The notes below the pieces were generated by a model. The model did not search any database. It was not told where the DNA came from and worked only from the letters and a program-made list of their open reading frames with translations. Source: Spirochaetia bacterium (lineage in GTDB: Bacteria; Spirochaetota; Spirochaetia; SP-2023). Taken from it: a stretch of DNA of 64,000 bases. The stretch is taken from assembly GCA_965225855.1 (NCBI GenBank), contig CBDDCK010000005.1:1472001-1536000 (forward strand), read 5' to 3'. The position numbers were made by a program, and so were the translations under genes. Shown here piece after piece: positions 19,552 to 29,108 of this stretch; the first letter of the stretch is position 1; every line of letters begins with the position of its first letter.

Positions 19552-20286
19552 TTACTCTTGCTTGAGTTCTCTTTGTTGGCGCACAAACTTATCACCATTC
19601 CATTCAAACCAAAACTCTCGGATAAGTTTGCGATTTTCCCACCTAGATTCTGCCCAAGTCCAAGGCTCGGCACGAATACCATTGTCAACTGCCCATAACT
19701 GTACTGGCCGATTTTGCTCTGTAGAGAAATGCTGTTCAGGTGCTAGGAAATCATTATCCAGAGGTATAACCAAACCAAGCTCGGAAAAACCGTTGCCATC
19801 TCCTTCAATCTTAGTCAATTGGTAATCTGCAGAAAGGTCATAAAACGAAAAGGAATGAGAATGGCCATTAAACCCAGTAACAGAGGCATTTTCAATTAGA
19901 TAGCCTTCACTCTTTTTATATGCTTTTAACCGAACCCTATCGGTTTCATTGGCGCATAGCTGAATCCAAATATAATCGGCACCAGCTTGCTCAACAAACC
20001 AAAGGCCCGATTGCTCTGCAATCGTCAGCCCTGCGCACCTTGACTGGCGCGAATATACTGCTAAGTCGGAATCAATAAGCTTTTGCTTTCCATTTCGATA
20101 CATTTCATCAGAAGTTACTATTTCCGAAGCATCGACTGCTTTTAAGAATTGCAAAAGAATATCTTTTGTTGTTTCTTCTTTGGTTTCTAATGCCATAGAT
20201 TTAGAAACACAGGAAGTCGCTAAAGTAAGCCCTAAAACAATACTCCCCAAAATACCCAAAACACCAACCGTATTTCTCGTAAACAT
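19552..20286 (-). CDS. Hypothetical lipoprotein
   Basis: Hydrophobic signal ending LATS-C; 244-aa ORF with no recognised domain. Confidence 0.6.
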   Translation of the reverse strand: MFTRNTVGVLGILGSIVLGLTLATSCVSKSMALETKEETTKDILLQFLKAVDASEIVTSDEMYRNGKQKLIDSDLAVYSRQSRCAGLTIAEQSGLWFVEQAGADYIWIQLCANETDRVRLKAYKKSEGYLIENASVTGFNGHSHSFSFYDLSADYQLTKIEGDGNGFSELGLVIPLDNDFLAPEQHFSTEQNRPVQLWAVDNGIRAEPWTWAESRWENRKLIREFWFEWNGDKFVRQQRELKQE

Positions 20287-20319
20287 AAAATCAATCGAAA
20301 CCCATACAATAATACTAGC

Positions 20320-22248
20320 CTAAAAGCTCTCAATAACCAACATAGAATAGGGCGCAAATATAGTTTGAATTGAGCTGCCTGTCAACAAATTGGTTTGGCC
20401 GTGATAGCTGGCTGGCAGCACAATACTTTGCTCTCCTCGGTTGAATAAGAACAAACAACTTTCCTTTGCCCTATCTTGGCTATCATCATCTTCTGGGTGG
20501 AAACGCTCAAAAGCCAGAATATCCCGATGTTCTAATTCCAGCCAGCGCAAACTGCCATATCGCAGCACAGAATGGCTTTTGCGCAGTGCAATCAATGTTT
20601 GGACATGCTGCAGAATATCAAAGTTCCATTGATTGCGTTGCCAAGGCATACAACGGCGGCAGTCCGGGTCGCCCGCACCATCTAGGCCCAGCTCCGTACC
20701 GTAGTAAATAACGGGCACACCGACATAGCTTAGCATCATACCGAGGAGCAATTTCACCATTGCCACATCGCCGTAACAACGGTGGAACAAACGGGCGGTA
20801 TCGTGGGAATCCAGCATATTCCATTGCACTTGATTGACTTGCGGACTATAGCGCAACAACAGTTTATTAAACAATCCACGCGCCTGCTGCGAAGTAATAC
20901 TCTGATTGAGGAAGAAGTCAAAGCTAATATTCTGAAAGGGATAGTTCATCACACAGTCAAATTGATCGCCTTGTAACCAAGGGCGTGAATCATGAAATAT
21001 TTCGCCAACTATTAAAGCATCATTTTTTACCGCACGAACGCGCTGGCGAAACTCACGCCAAAAATGGTGATCGACTTCATTGGCTACATCTAGCCGCCAA
21101 CCATCAATATCATACTCTCGGACCCAATATTCTGCTACGTCCAAAAGATACTCCCTAAGCTTTGGATTTTCCGTATTGAGTTTGGGCATCATCGGGGTAA
21201 AAGCAAAAGTCTCGTAAGGCAGAGTCGTCCAACCATCGGCATCGATTCCCATAGCCCAAACCTCCACTTCTTCATTACAGGTTAAAGCAGCCAGAGAGTT
21301 TGTGTTTTTTTGCTTGAGAGCTTCCCGTTGTTCCGAGGCTTTCGTTTCTAAACTAGCCCATAGTTGATCGGCACTAGCCACGGGATAACGCAAAATATGA
21401 AACCAATCTTTATAGCGGGAGTTCTCACCATTTTTCTGTACATCTATAAAGGGCTCAAACCCAGGCCCACAATGGTTGAATACCGCATCGAGTATTACTC
21501 GGATTCCCAAACTATGGCACTGCGCTACCAACTGACGAAAGTCTTCATTGCTGCCAAAGTCTGGGTCAATTTGTTTGTAGTCTATAGTATCGTATTTGTG
21601 ATTGCTATGCGCTTGGAAAATGGGAGTCATATATAACAGGTTTATACCTAGTTCCTGTAAATAAGGTAATTTTTCAATGATACCTTGCAAGTTACCGCCA
21701 ATACGTATTTTACCGGTTGGTTTGCTGCCCCAAAGCGGTAGAGTTTGTTCCAGTTCAGCACTTGAATAGCTGCGGCCAAAACGGTCGGGAAATATCTCAT
21801 AAACGACTGCCCCTTTGGCCCATTCAGGCACTTCGTGAATATCTATGGCATTAAAATAAGGAAACTGAAAGGCATAATTCCATATTGTGCCATTGGCTTG
21901 TAGGGTGGCTAATTCACTTAGGCCAATTTCGGTATAACTATAGACTGTAGAGTTTTCCTGCGGGCTTGCCATGGCTTGTAGTTTAAAATAATAGGCAAAG
22001 CGTTTGACTGGTATATCGCAGAGTGTGATTTGATAATAATCAAATTCCTTGTCGCGAAGTATTGGTTGCATTATTCGTTCTGGATATTGAATTTTACTAG
22101 CCCCATATCGAGGGAACGAAACCAAGATAACTTCTTTTAAGTTATTGGCCTTACAGCGCAGCGTAAGCTGCAATGTATTTTGGTTTAACAGGGCACACCA
22201 AGCACTCTTTGGCTGATGGAATAAAGCAGCTTCATCAATGTGTTTCAT
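20320..22248 (-). CDS. GH13 neopullulanase/cyclomaltodextrinase-type alpha-glycosidase
   Basis: YEIFPDRF, SNHKYDT.DY, DAVFNH, DGWRLDVANEV, GEIFHD, LDSHDT, DPDCRRCM. Confidence 0.93.
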   Translation of the reverse strand: MKHIDEAALFHQPKSAWCALLNQNTLQLTLRCKANNLKEVILVSFPRYGASKIQYPERIMQPILRDKEFDYYQITLCDIPVKRFAYYFKLQAMASPQENSTVYSYTEIGLSELATLQANGTIWNYAFQFPYFNAIDIHEVPEWAKGAVVYEIFPDRFGRSYSSAELEQTLPLWGSKPTGKIRIGGNLQGIIEKLPYLQELGINLLYMTPIFQAHSNHKYDTIDYKQIDPDFGSNEDFRQLVAQCHSLGIRVILDAVFNHCGPGFEPFIDVQKNGENSRYKDWFHILRYPVASADQLWASLETKASEQREALKQKNTNSLAALTCNEEVEVWAMGIDADGWTTLPYETFAFTPMMPKLNTENPKLREYLLDVAEYWVREYDIDGWRLDVANEVDHHFWREFRQRVRAVKNDALIVGEIFHDSRPWLQGDQFDCVMNYPFQNISFDFFLNQSITSQQARGLFNKLLLRYSPQVNQVQWNMLDSHDTARLFHRCYGDVAMVKLLLGMMLSYVGVPVIYYGTELGLDGAGDPDCRRCMPWQRNQWNFDILQHVQTLIALRKSHSVLRYGSLRWLELEHRDILAFERFHPEDDDSQDRAKESCLFLFNRGEQSIVLPASYHGQTNLLTGSSIQTIFAPYSMLVIESF

Positions 22249-22381
22249 AGTATTCTATCTCCTATTTAAACCAATGGCCATAATAATAGCAATATTGTTT
22301 GCACAATTCAATAGCCATACCCTTTACCCCATAAATAACCATGATAGTTGCTAAAATCAACAAAGCAATCTTTCGATAGCA

Positions 22382-22529
22382 CTTGTTGCAACCGATAACA
22401 AATGCTTGTTCCAACCGATAACAAGAACTTGTTCCAACCGATAACAAGAACTTGTTCCAACCGATAACAAGAACTTGTTCCAACCGATAACAAGAACTTG
22501 TTCCAACCGATAACAAGAACTTGTTCCAA
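22382..22529. repeat. Tandem repeat of the 23-bp unit CTTGTTCCAACCGATAACAAGAA, about 6.4 copies, no spacers
   Basis: Units start at 22382 (degenerate), 22405, 22428, 22451, 22474, 22497, and a partial at 22520. Each has an internal inverted repeat CTTGTT/AACAAG. Confidence 0.95.
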
Positions 22530-22705
22530 TAAATTTTTATAGAGAAACAATATATATATTTTATTATCCATAAAATTATAAAATATAATCTATCCCATTT
22601 TCTATCTATGCTCTTTTTAGTTACAATGCGCACAATATAGCTTAGCCATTGCCTAGCTATGGCCTTAGCTATGGCTAAGCTATACCCAATAAATGTGAGT
22701 GCACT

Positions 22706-23220
22706 ATGATTCAAGATATACTAATTATTCATCATTCCCATACAGATATAGGCTACACCGAGCTGCAAGAGAAGATTATCCAAAAGCATGTTTACTACAT
22801 ACGCCATTTGCTGCAAGAGTTTCAAAACACAATATCAGAACAAGGTAGTTCTACTTTTAAGTGGAATAGTGAGACTTACTTCTGCGTGGAACAGTTTCTA
22901 CAACAAGCCAGCCCAACAGAACAACAACTGTTCTATGACTTAATCAAAAACAACAATATTGGCATTTCTGCCAACTACCTAAACTTTACCGACCTAGTCG
23001 ATTCCCTTGTATTGCACGAACGAATATGCGCAAGATGAAATAGCCCAAGAACTATGCCAAAAGTGGCAACGAGAAAGTGAAAATAATCTATTACTTTTTG
23101 CCGAATATACCTGTGGGCATTCTGCCAGTATAACAGACCCTTACGATGATATGGTCAACACCTTAGATATAAGGAACATTTCCTACGCTTCTAAGGCCTA
23201 TGAAGCTGCGGCCTGCTGGT
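22706..23220 (+). pseudogene. Degraded GH38-like glycoside hydrolase paralog (internal deletion, frameshift, 3' truncation by element copy 2)
   Basis: IIHHSHTDIGYTELQEKII...FKWNSE...NYLNFTDL, then a jump to LLFAEYTCGHSASITDPYD. These match distant parts of the intact gene at 32229-34646. Confidence 0.85.
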
Positions 23221-23346
23221 TGCAACAGCCACAGGAAATTATTCCCGTGGCTGTTTTGCCTACAACACTAAACAACACTAACACACAAAAAAAGTGCCAA
23301 CACACACAAAAACATAAAAAAACTTGTAAAAAAGCTTATATGGGCC

Positions 23347-23373
23347 TTGACGCAACACCCCCCCTAGCAAAAT
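23347..23373 (+). promoter_or_regulatory. Putative sigma70 promoter of allele 2, poly-C7 in spacer
   Basis: TTGACG-CAACA-C7-TAG-CAAAAT, 15-nt spacer. Confidence 0.55.
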
Positions 23374-23436
23374 GGGGATTTACAGACTAGCCCGTATGGG
23401 TTGGCTAATCTCAATCCCTTTTTGGAGGTATTGCTT

Positions 23437-25509
23437 ATGTATAAGCTCAAACTATTTTTATTGCCTGTAGCCTGGCTACTGGCCTTTATGGCCTTGGCCT
23501 GCGCCCCACCCGATGACGATGATGCATCTTCTGGGCCGACTTCTGGGCCTGCAATCACCAGTGCAAGCTACGATGTTGACACGGCTCTGCTAACTGTACA
23601 AGGTACTGACTTAGGTAGTGCGCAACAAGCGCAAATCCAAACTATCAGGGTAGCTGGCCTAGCCTTAAATTCTTATACTGCCACAGCCACTGGGGTAAAT
23701 AGTAACGGTCTTAAACAAGGTCAGTACCGTATTGCAAACGATGGCACTGCGATTTGGCTTAGACTTAAAGATGAACATAAAGATACTCTTAAAGCTACTC
23801 TGAATGGCAAACCCGATATGGCTAACGATGGTCTAAAAAAAGGCTTGCTTAGCGTTAGCTCTGGTAGTTGGGCGGGTTTAGATACAGCCAAAGACTTAAC
23901 CGTTAGGAATATACCCGGTAAGCAGTCTAAGACCGAAACTGAAGATAAGCAGTCTAAGACCGAAGTCGAAGAAGCTGAACAAGTCAAAGAAACTGAAGAA
24001 GCCGAACAAACCGAACAAGACCAACAAGCTGAAGAGGAGTCGCCTAAAGCTGCAATTACCCGTGCCATCTACGATGTTGGCACGGCTATCTTAACTGTAC
24101 AAGGTACTCACTTAAGTAGTGCGACCCAAGCGCAAATCCAAACCATCAAAGTATATGACCTAGTCTTAAGTTCCTATATTGCAGATGGCACAGCCACTGG
24201 GCCAGATAGTCGCAGTCTTACAAAAGGTAAGTACCGTATGAAAAGCGATGGCACAGCGCTTTGGCTGAAACTTACCGATCGACATAAAGCTGCTCTTGAG
24301 GCCAAGACAGGTATGAATAAGGATGGTCTAAAAAAAGGGTTGCTTAGCGTTAGCTCTGGTGCTTGGGCGGGTTTAAATACAGCCAAAGACTTGGAAGTTA
24401 GTGGAAACCCCGAAGCTGCAATTACCAGTGCAACCTACCATGTTGGCACGGCTCTGCTAACTTTACAAGGTTCTAACTTAAGTCCTACAACTGCGACCCA
24501 AGCGCAAATCCAAACTATCACGGTAGATGGCTTAGCCTTAAGTTCCTATATTGCAGATGACACAGCCACTGGGTCAGATAGTCGTGGTCTTGCAAAAGGT
24601 AAGTACCGTATTAAAAGAGATGGCACAGCGCTTTGGCTTTACCTTACCGATCAACATAAAACTACTCTTCAGGGCAAGCCCGGTATGAATAAGGATGGTA
24701 GAAAAGTCGGGTTGCTTAGCGTTGGCACTGGTATTTGGGCGGGTTTAAATACAGCCAAAGCCTTGGCTGTTAGTGGAAACCCTGCAATTACCAGTGCAAC
24801 CTACCATGTTGTTACAGACTTGTTAGTGATTACAGGTACTAATTTACCGTCAACAGTGGATGGCTGGGACTTTAGCAAATTGAGGTTTGTATCCGGTGGT
24901 GGTCTTGAGAGTCAACCATTAAAAAAGCACTCAACTACAGGTGCACACAGAGCCACAGGTTCTGCAGCAAGTGGCACATTCTTAGCGATTATTTTAAAGG
25001 GTTATGAAATACTGAAAGTCCGTAATACATTGCTTCTGAATGGTCTTGGTGATGATGATGGTGCATACAATCTGGAAGCAGCAGCAGGATTTGTAATTGG
25101 TAGTAGCGCAGCAGACACAAGTAACCCTATTACCGTTAGTGGCTACATAAGCTCTATCAGCTCCGTACGCTACTATCCTAATAAAAGCGAGCTAAGGATT
25201 TACGGTAGCAAGTTACCGAAAACAGTTGCAGACTGGGACTTTAGCAAATTGACGCTTGTATCCGGTGATGGTAATAAGAGATACTCATTACCTAAGCACG
25301 CAACAGGTGCTGCAAACACAGCCACAGGTTCTAAGGCAAGTAGAAGCGGCTTAAAGATTACTTTAAGCGGTAGTGTAAAAGCGGAAGTCGAGAAGATACT
25401 GGTTAAGGTTGGTCTTCGTGATAATAATGGTGAATACAACCTGGAAGCAGCAGCAGGATTTGTAACGGATAATCCAGAAGACCCAATCACTAGTGTATTC
25501 AAGCACTAG
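23437..25509 (+). CDS. Repeat surface lipoprotein, allele 2 (3 type-A + 2 type-B repeats)
   Basis: GGAGG RBS, lipobox ALA-C, paralogous to 2253-4637. Confidence 0.85.
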   Translation: MYKLKLFLLPVAWLLAFMALACAPPDDDDASSGPTSGPAITSASYDVDTALLTVQGTDLGSAQQAQIQTIRVAGLALNSYTATATGVNSNGLKQGQYRIANDGTAIWLRLKDEHKDTLKATLNGKPDMANDGLKKGLLSVSSGSWAGLDTAKDLTVRNIPGKQSKTETEDKQSKTEVEEAEQVKETEEAEQTEQDQQAEEESPKAAITRAIYDVGTAILTVQGTHLSSATQAQIQTIKVYDLVLSSYIADGTATGPDSRSLTKGKYRMKSDGTALWLKLTDRHKAALEAKTGMNKDGLKKGLLSVSSGAWAGLNTAKDLEVSGNPEAAITSATYHVGTALLTLQGSNLSPTTATQAQIQTITVDGLALSSYIADDTATGSDSRGLAKGKYRIKRDGTALWLYLTDQHKTTLQGKPGMNKDGRKVGLLSVGTGIWAGLNTAKALAVSGNPAITSATYHVVTDLLVITGTNLPSTVDGWDFSKLRFVSGGGLESQPLKKHSTTGAHRATGSAASGTFLAIILKGYEILKVRNTLLLNGLGDDDGAYNLEAAAGFVIGSSAADTSNPITVSGYISSISSVRYYPNKSELRIYGSKLPKTVADWDFSKLTLVSGDGNKRYSLPKHATGAANTATGSKASRSGLKITLSGSVKAEVEKILVKVGLRDNNGEYNLEAAAGFVTDNPEDPITSVFKH

Positions 25510-25660
25510 TGTATTCAAGTTTTAAATTAAAGTAGGATTTGGTTGTTGTAAGCAATGCTTGCATTGGCCAATTGCAGCCTTGGTAAGTTTTTTTATCAAG
25601 GCTGCTTTTACCAAGTTATAGCCTTGGTATAAAGTATTGTTCCGCATTGGTGCAATACAT

Positions 25661-25700
25661 CTTTCCGCCTTGGATCAAGGCCTTGATCCAAGGCGGAAAG
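25661..25700. repeat. Perfect 40-bp palindrome with no loop
   Basis: CTTTCCGCCTTGGATCAAGG|CCTTGATCCAAGGCGGAAAG; identical copy at 38621-38660. Confidence 0.95.
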
Positions 25701-25820
25701 CTATATCATAGCAAGGCTAGAAAAATTTATTAAGGCTGCTTTTGCCAATTATAGCCTTGGTAAGTAGAAAAAAATCGAGTTATCACGTCCGATGGCACAA
25801 AGTTATCACGTCCTGCATCA

Positions 25821-26013
25821 TATAGGATATGGTGGCCAAGCTAGAATATTAAGTGTGTTAAGCAAAATTAGTAAATACTGTTTTATTGATCTGCCCGATG
25901 TTCTCCGACTAGCAGAGAAGTATTTGTCTCATTTTCATATGGATATGGACTGTTGTTATAAAACCCTAAACTATGTAAAAGATATCTCTCAGTTCCAGGC
26001 AGTATTTATATAA
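25821..26013 (+). pseudogene. 5'-truncated putative sugar O-methyltransferase fragment
   Basis: IGYGGQARIL..YCFIDLPDVLRLAEKYL resembles the EIGxGYGG SAM-binding region of sugar O-methyltransferases. It begins exactly at the element end. Confidence 0.6.
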
Positions 26014-26032
26014 TTATTTTTACATCTAAATA

Positions 26033-27934
26033 TTATCTAACCCCCTGATTATTACAACCCGTACGCACATAGGCTTTTATTACAGCTAGTTGCTGCCCAC
26101 TATGTACTTCATTAGCTGGCTCCAGAATATAGCCTCCCACGGCTGCAGGAACAATAAACGTCTCAGCGTAATGGACTTCAAAAGGCTCAAAGGCATCATA
26201 TGGGCTTTTCACCCAAGCCGCTTCGCCTTCTACCAGATTTAAAACGTGCACACTGCCTCGTTCTGCGCCACCAGTATCATGCTGCGTAGGGCAATCAAAC
26301 CAATAACGCCGAGTCTCAATAAACTCCAGTGCATGTAGGCCTGTGCGCTCCGCTTGCTTGGCTCCACAAAGGTCTGCGCCTGAAAGTTGTTCAAAACAAT
26401 TCACAAGATTTTTTTCTACCCACTTAGCCTTCCTGCACCAATCAATATTCTTGCTGCCATGCTCTAAGTGAATAGGGCGTGGGCTACCGTCTAAGTCCAT
26501 GCGATTCCAGTCCCAAAGCTTAAACGTAAAAATATACGGAGTCGCACTAATTTCTAAAACTATAGAATCTGCACCCGAACAATGCGGGGTTCCTGCGGGA
26601 ATTAAAAAGTGATCGTGCTTCCTAGCTGGCAATGTATTTATATATTTTTCTGCTGGAAACAGCTTAATCGCATCCGCTTGTGCCTGACGCAAATCCTTTA
26701 GCATGGCTTCTGGTATAACACCTTCTTGCAAACCCAGATACACGTGAGTTGCTTTATCGGCTTCTGTATCTAAAATATAATAGCTCTCATCTTGCGTGTA
26801 ATGCATACCAAACTGTTGCTGAATATATTCGGTTTTTGGATGCACCTGAAGGCTCAAATTCTGTCCGCCCATAGTATCAAGAAAATCAAAACGTATCGGA
26901 AACTCTCTACCAAACCGAGCATAAACAGGGCCTCCCAAAAAGATTTCTGCCTGACAAAATACCAAGTCCGTAGCTGGGAACTCCAGTATTGTTTGTCCGT
27001 ATTGCATTTGCAAACTATTCTCTTCGGGCACACAGTCAAAACCCCAAGCATAATTAGTAGGCTCTTCACGCTGAGCTGTATTGCGGCGATAGTTTTGCAG
27101 TCCGCAAACCTCACGCATCCATTGCCCTCCCCACACCCCTGGGTCAAAAAACGGCACCAAACGAACAGGTTGCTGGGCAGCTTGCTGTAAACCAACAAAG
27201 AAGCTGGCTGCATCTATCATCTTAGGTTCTTGTTCGGTAGCTAAAGGCGCACGCGCGCTGCAATCAATTACCCAATTCCAACGTTGATACGCCGCCTGTT
27301 TATGCCTGTCCAAAACCCGCCAATCGACAAAATAACTATGTTTATATTGCTCTCTGGGTGAAGTATCTAAACTTTCTCCCACATTTTTTACACCCAAATT
27401 ACACAGCAAACCTTGGTGCTGGCGTTGCTGGATTTCCCAGCGAGGTACACTCAAGTGAGCCACAGTATCTTTAGATTCCGCAAAGCAAGCAGCCCCTGCC
27501 CCTAAAAGCACAGCCTCTTGCTTGGAATCACGCAGTTTTTGTAGCTGTTTTTTTAGTTGATCACTGCGCTCAGGGCAAAAATAATCTTGTATTTGCAAAC
27601 GCGTTATATAACCAAAAACAGCATCATCGCCTAGATATGGCTCTACGAGTTGGCCAATATAAGCCGCATCGCGAAACGCTTGCTCGGTGTGTAGTACGGC
27701 AACTTGGGGGGCGTAACTTTGTAAACTTGCGAGCACATTATCTTCTAAGACCCCCTGATAGCAGTCAAGAAATAATAGGCCCGAGGCTGGCTCTGTTTTC
27801 GCAAAGTCCTCATCTCGCAGCGTACCCCAAAGCCTCTTCCAAATCTCTAGCCAACCGTTGTATACCGTAAAATCCCCAGAAAGAACAACTTTGGGTTCTA
27901 AATCATAATTTCTATAACCTTTATAACGTGACAT
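26033..27934 (-). CDS. Class I mannose-6-phosphate isomerase-like protein with N-terminal extension
   Basis: PFFDPGVWGGQWM, FPIRFDFLDTMGGQNLSLQVHP, YTQDESYY, IPAGTPH, LEISATP. Confidence 0.85.
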   Translation of the reverse strand: MSRYKGYRNYDLEPKVVLSGDFTVYNGWLEIWKRLWGTLRDEDFAKTEPASGLLFLDCYQGVLEDNVLASLQSYAPQVAVLHTEQAFRDAAYIGQLVEPYLGDDAVFGYITRLQIQDYFCPERSDQLKKQLQKLRDSKQEAVLLGAGAACFAESKDTVAHLSVPRWEIQQRQHQGLLCNLGVKNVGESLDTSPREQYKHSYFVDWRVLDRHKQAAYQRWNWVIDCSARAPLATEQEPKMIDAASFFVGLQQAAQQPVRLVPFFDPGVWGGQWMREVCGLQNYRRNTAQREEPTNYAWGFDCVPEENSLQMQYGQTILEFPATDLVFCQAEIFLGGPVYARFGREFPIRFDFLDTMGGQNLSLQVHPKTEYIQQQFGMHYTQDESYYILDTEADKATHVYLGLQEGVIPEAMLKDLRQAQADAIKLFPAEKYINTLPARKHDHFLIPAGTPHCSGADSIVLEISATPYIFTFKLWDWNRMDLDGSPRPIHLEHGSKNIDWCRKAKWVEKNLVNCFEQLSGADLCGAKQAERTGLHALEFIETRRYWFDCPTQHDTGGAERGSVHVLNLVEGEAAWVKSPYDAFEPFEVHYAETFIVPAAVGGYILEPANEVHSGQQLAVIKAYVRTGCNNQGVR

Positions 27935-28946
27935 TTTCTTCACCGTGCATGAGTAAATATAATCCCCCATAGAGTCCTGCTTCGTTGGCAAATCCTTGTT
28001 TCAAGAGGACTTTTGTACTAGCAGGCCAACTCTGTTGCCAAGTAGATTTTCTGGCATATAAATCGCAGTATTCTTGTAACCTATCCAAAATATGCAAACC
28101 ATTATCCTGCATAACTCCCCCACTGAGAACAATACATTCTGGATCATAAGCAAAAATATAATTCACTAAAGCCGCCCCCCAAATGTGAAACAAATGTTCT
28201 TCCACAACTTTAAATTCTTTGTTACCTGCTTGTGATTTCGCAAAGATTTCTGAAAATGTGCCTACCTTTTGGAGCTTCTCCAATTTTAAAGAATTCAAAG
28301 AATCTAAAGAGGCTAAAGGATTTAAAGAAGACTGCCCAATCAATTTTTCCTGTATTGCAGCAAGTGCTGAAGTGCTAGCCAAAGACTCTGTACAACCAAT
28401 ATTGCCACAGCTGCAACGCCCTGCTGTGACATCAACCGTAAAATGCCCACCAAGGCAACCCGCTAAATCATGAGCTCCTCGCAGCACTTTATCGCCTATG
28501 ACTACCGATGTGCCAATGCCCGTACCAAGTGTCACACAAACCAGATTTTGATAACCACGCCCTGCCCCATACTGCCATTCTCCTATACATGCCAGCCGGG
28601 CATCATTATCTACAATAAAATTATCTGTCCACTGCGCAGACCAACGATAGCAATCCCAGTTTGCAATATTCTCATATTTGCCATTAGAAGGAAATAAAAG
28701 TTTCTGCTTGCAGTCCACCGGCCCGGCGTAAGCTAACGCTAAACCCGCCAATTTTCCACCGCCCTCGCAATGCTCTTGTAGCAAAAAACAAATTTCGTTC
28801 TCCAATGCCGCAAGCCAAATTTCTGTATCGTTACTATCTACAACATTAAAAACCCTTTGGTCTACCAGAGAGTCCTCCAAGAAAAGTCCCACTTTTATAC
28901 TTGATCCACCGAGATCCACTGAAATATAAGACTGGAGTTTTTTCAT
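27921..28946 (-). CDS. ROK family sugar kinase
   Basis: VDLGGSSIK, DNDARLACIGE..YGAG, TLGTGIG, CSCGNIGCTESLAS. Confidence 0.92.
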   Translation of the reverse strand: MKKLQSYISVDLGGSSIKVGLFLEDSLVDQRVFNVVDSNDTEIWLAALENEICFLLQEHCEGGGKLAGLALAYAGPVDCKQKLLFPSNGKYENIANWDCYRWSAQWTDNFIVDNDARLACIGEWQYGAGRGYQNLVCVTLGTGIGTSVVIGDKVLRGAHDLAGCLGGHFTVDVTAGRCSCGNIGCTESLASTSALAAIQEKLIGQSSLNPLASLDSLNSLKLEKLQKVGTFSEIFAKSQAGNKEFKVVEEHLFHIWGAALVNYIFAYDPECIVLSGGVMQDNGLHILDRLQEYCDLYARKSTWQQSWPASTKVLLKQGFANEAGLYGGLYLLMHGEENVTL

Positions 28947-29108
28947 TTTTCTAAGTTTTACGTGGCTTCGCGTGATTTTGTGCTATACAACCTATATACA
29001 GGACTTAGGGCCCCTTTACAGTTGGCACATCACAGGCTCTCTCGCGTGGCATTCCAAGTGAGCAGCATACTAGGTTCACAGGGGAATTTGATTCTTTATT
29101 ATGACCTG

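Larger units (their letters stand above)
23221..25820 (+). mobile_element. Non-autonomous element copy 2 (left arm missing, right end intact)
   Basis: Shares the upstream region, the lipoprotein gene and the 46-bp right end (...GTTATCACGTCCTGCATCA, 25820) with copy 1. Confidence 0.72.

Noticed and set aside
22382..22529. Possible CRISPR array
   Set aside because: Units are head-to-tail with no unique spacers, and there are no cas genes in the window
22262..22714. ORFs 22262-22714 and 22308-22571
   Set aside because: Their repetitive peptides are just translations of the 23-bp tandem array
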